Below are positions 32,553-32,618 of a DNA stretch of 32,618 nt, piece by piece. Origin of the DNA: Craspedostauros australis (lineage: Eukaryota). Each line of letters begins with the position of its first letter. Within the stretch, counting starts at the first letter, position 1. The stretch spans positions 1 through 32,618 of the forward strand of contig JALAGF010001063.1 of assembly GCA_030167865.1 (NCBI GenBank), in the 5' to 3' direction. The position numbers were made by a program, and so were the translations under genes. The notes under the pieces were generated by a model. That model saw nothing but the letters and a program-made list of their open reading frames with translations. It had not been told where the DNA came from and ran no database searches.

Positions 32553-32618
32553 CAATCGTAAAAATATTTGCATATGAAAAGGGATATCGCCATCCAAACC
32601 CTGACCTCCATCCAAAAC

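Overview
This is eukaryotic, almost certainly diatom (stramenopile) nuclear DNA. The evidence is GT-AG introns, an AAA|FAP bipartite plastid presequence, and RXL/KXXK motifs. Two highly diverged non-LTR retrotransposons of the same architecture flank the window: ORF1 plus ORF2 with APE endonuclease, RT, RNase H and CCHC, resembling the diatom Ambal group. Element A (<1-8144) has intact ORFs. Element B (23447-31959) is full length with a 12-14 bp TSD, but carries one stop and two frameshifts. Both end in (TTA)4, preceded by a conserved multi-hairpin whose stems differ in sequence but keep their pairing. Four host genes lie between them: a plastid-targeted unknown, an ankyrin-repeat protein, an ER-type 2OG-Fe(II) dioxygenase-ankyrin protein, and a secreted Cys-rich repeat protein with a silaffin-like segment. 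After these come a 165-bp duplication and a 1.64-kb foldback built from ~195-bp units. The right side is a nest of insertions: a decayed gag/ORF1-like frame, hit by a 738-bp solo-LTR-like insertion (TSD CGCCG), then by a second LTR-like sequence, which was itself split by element B. All calls were made by eye, with no database searches.
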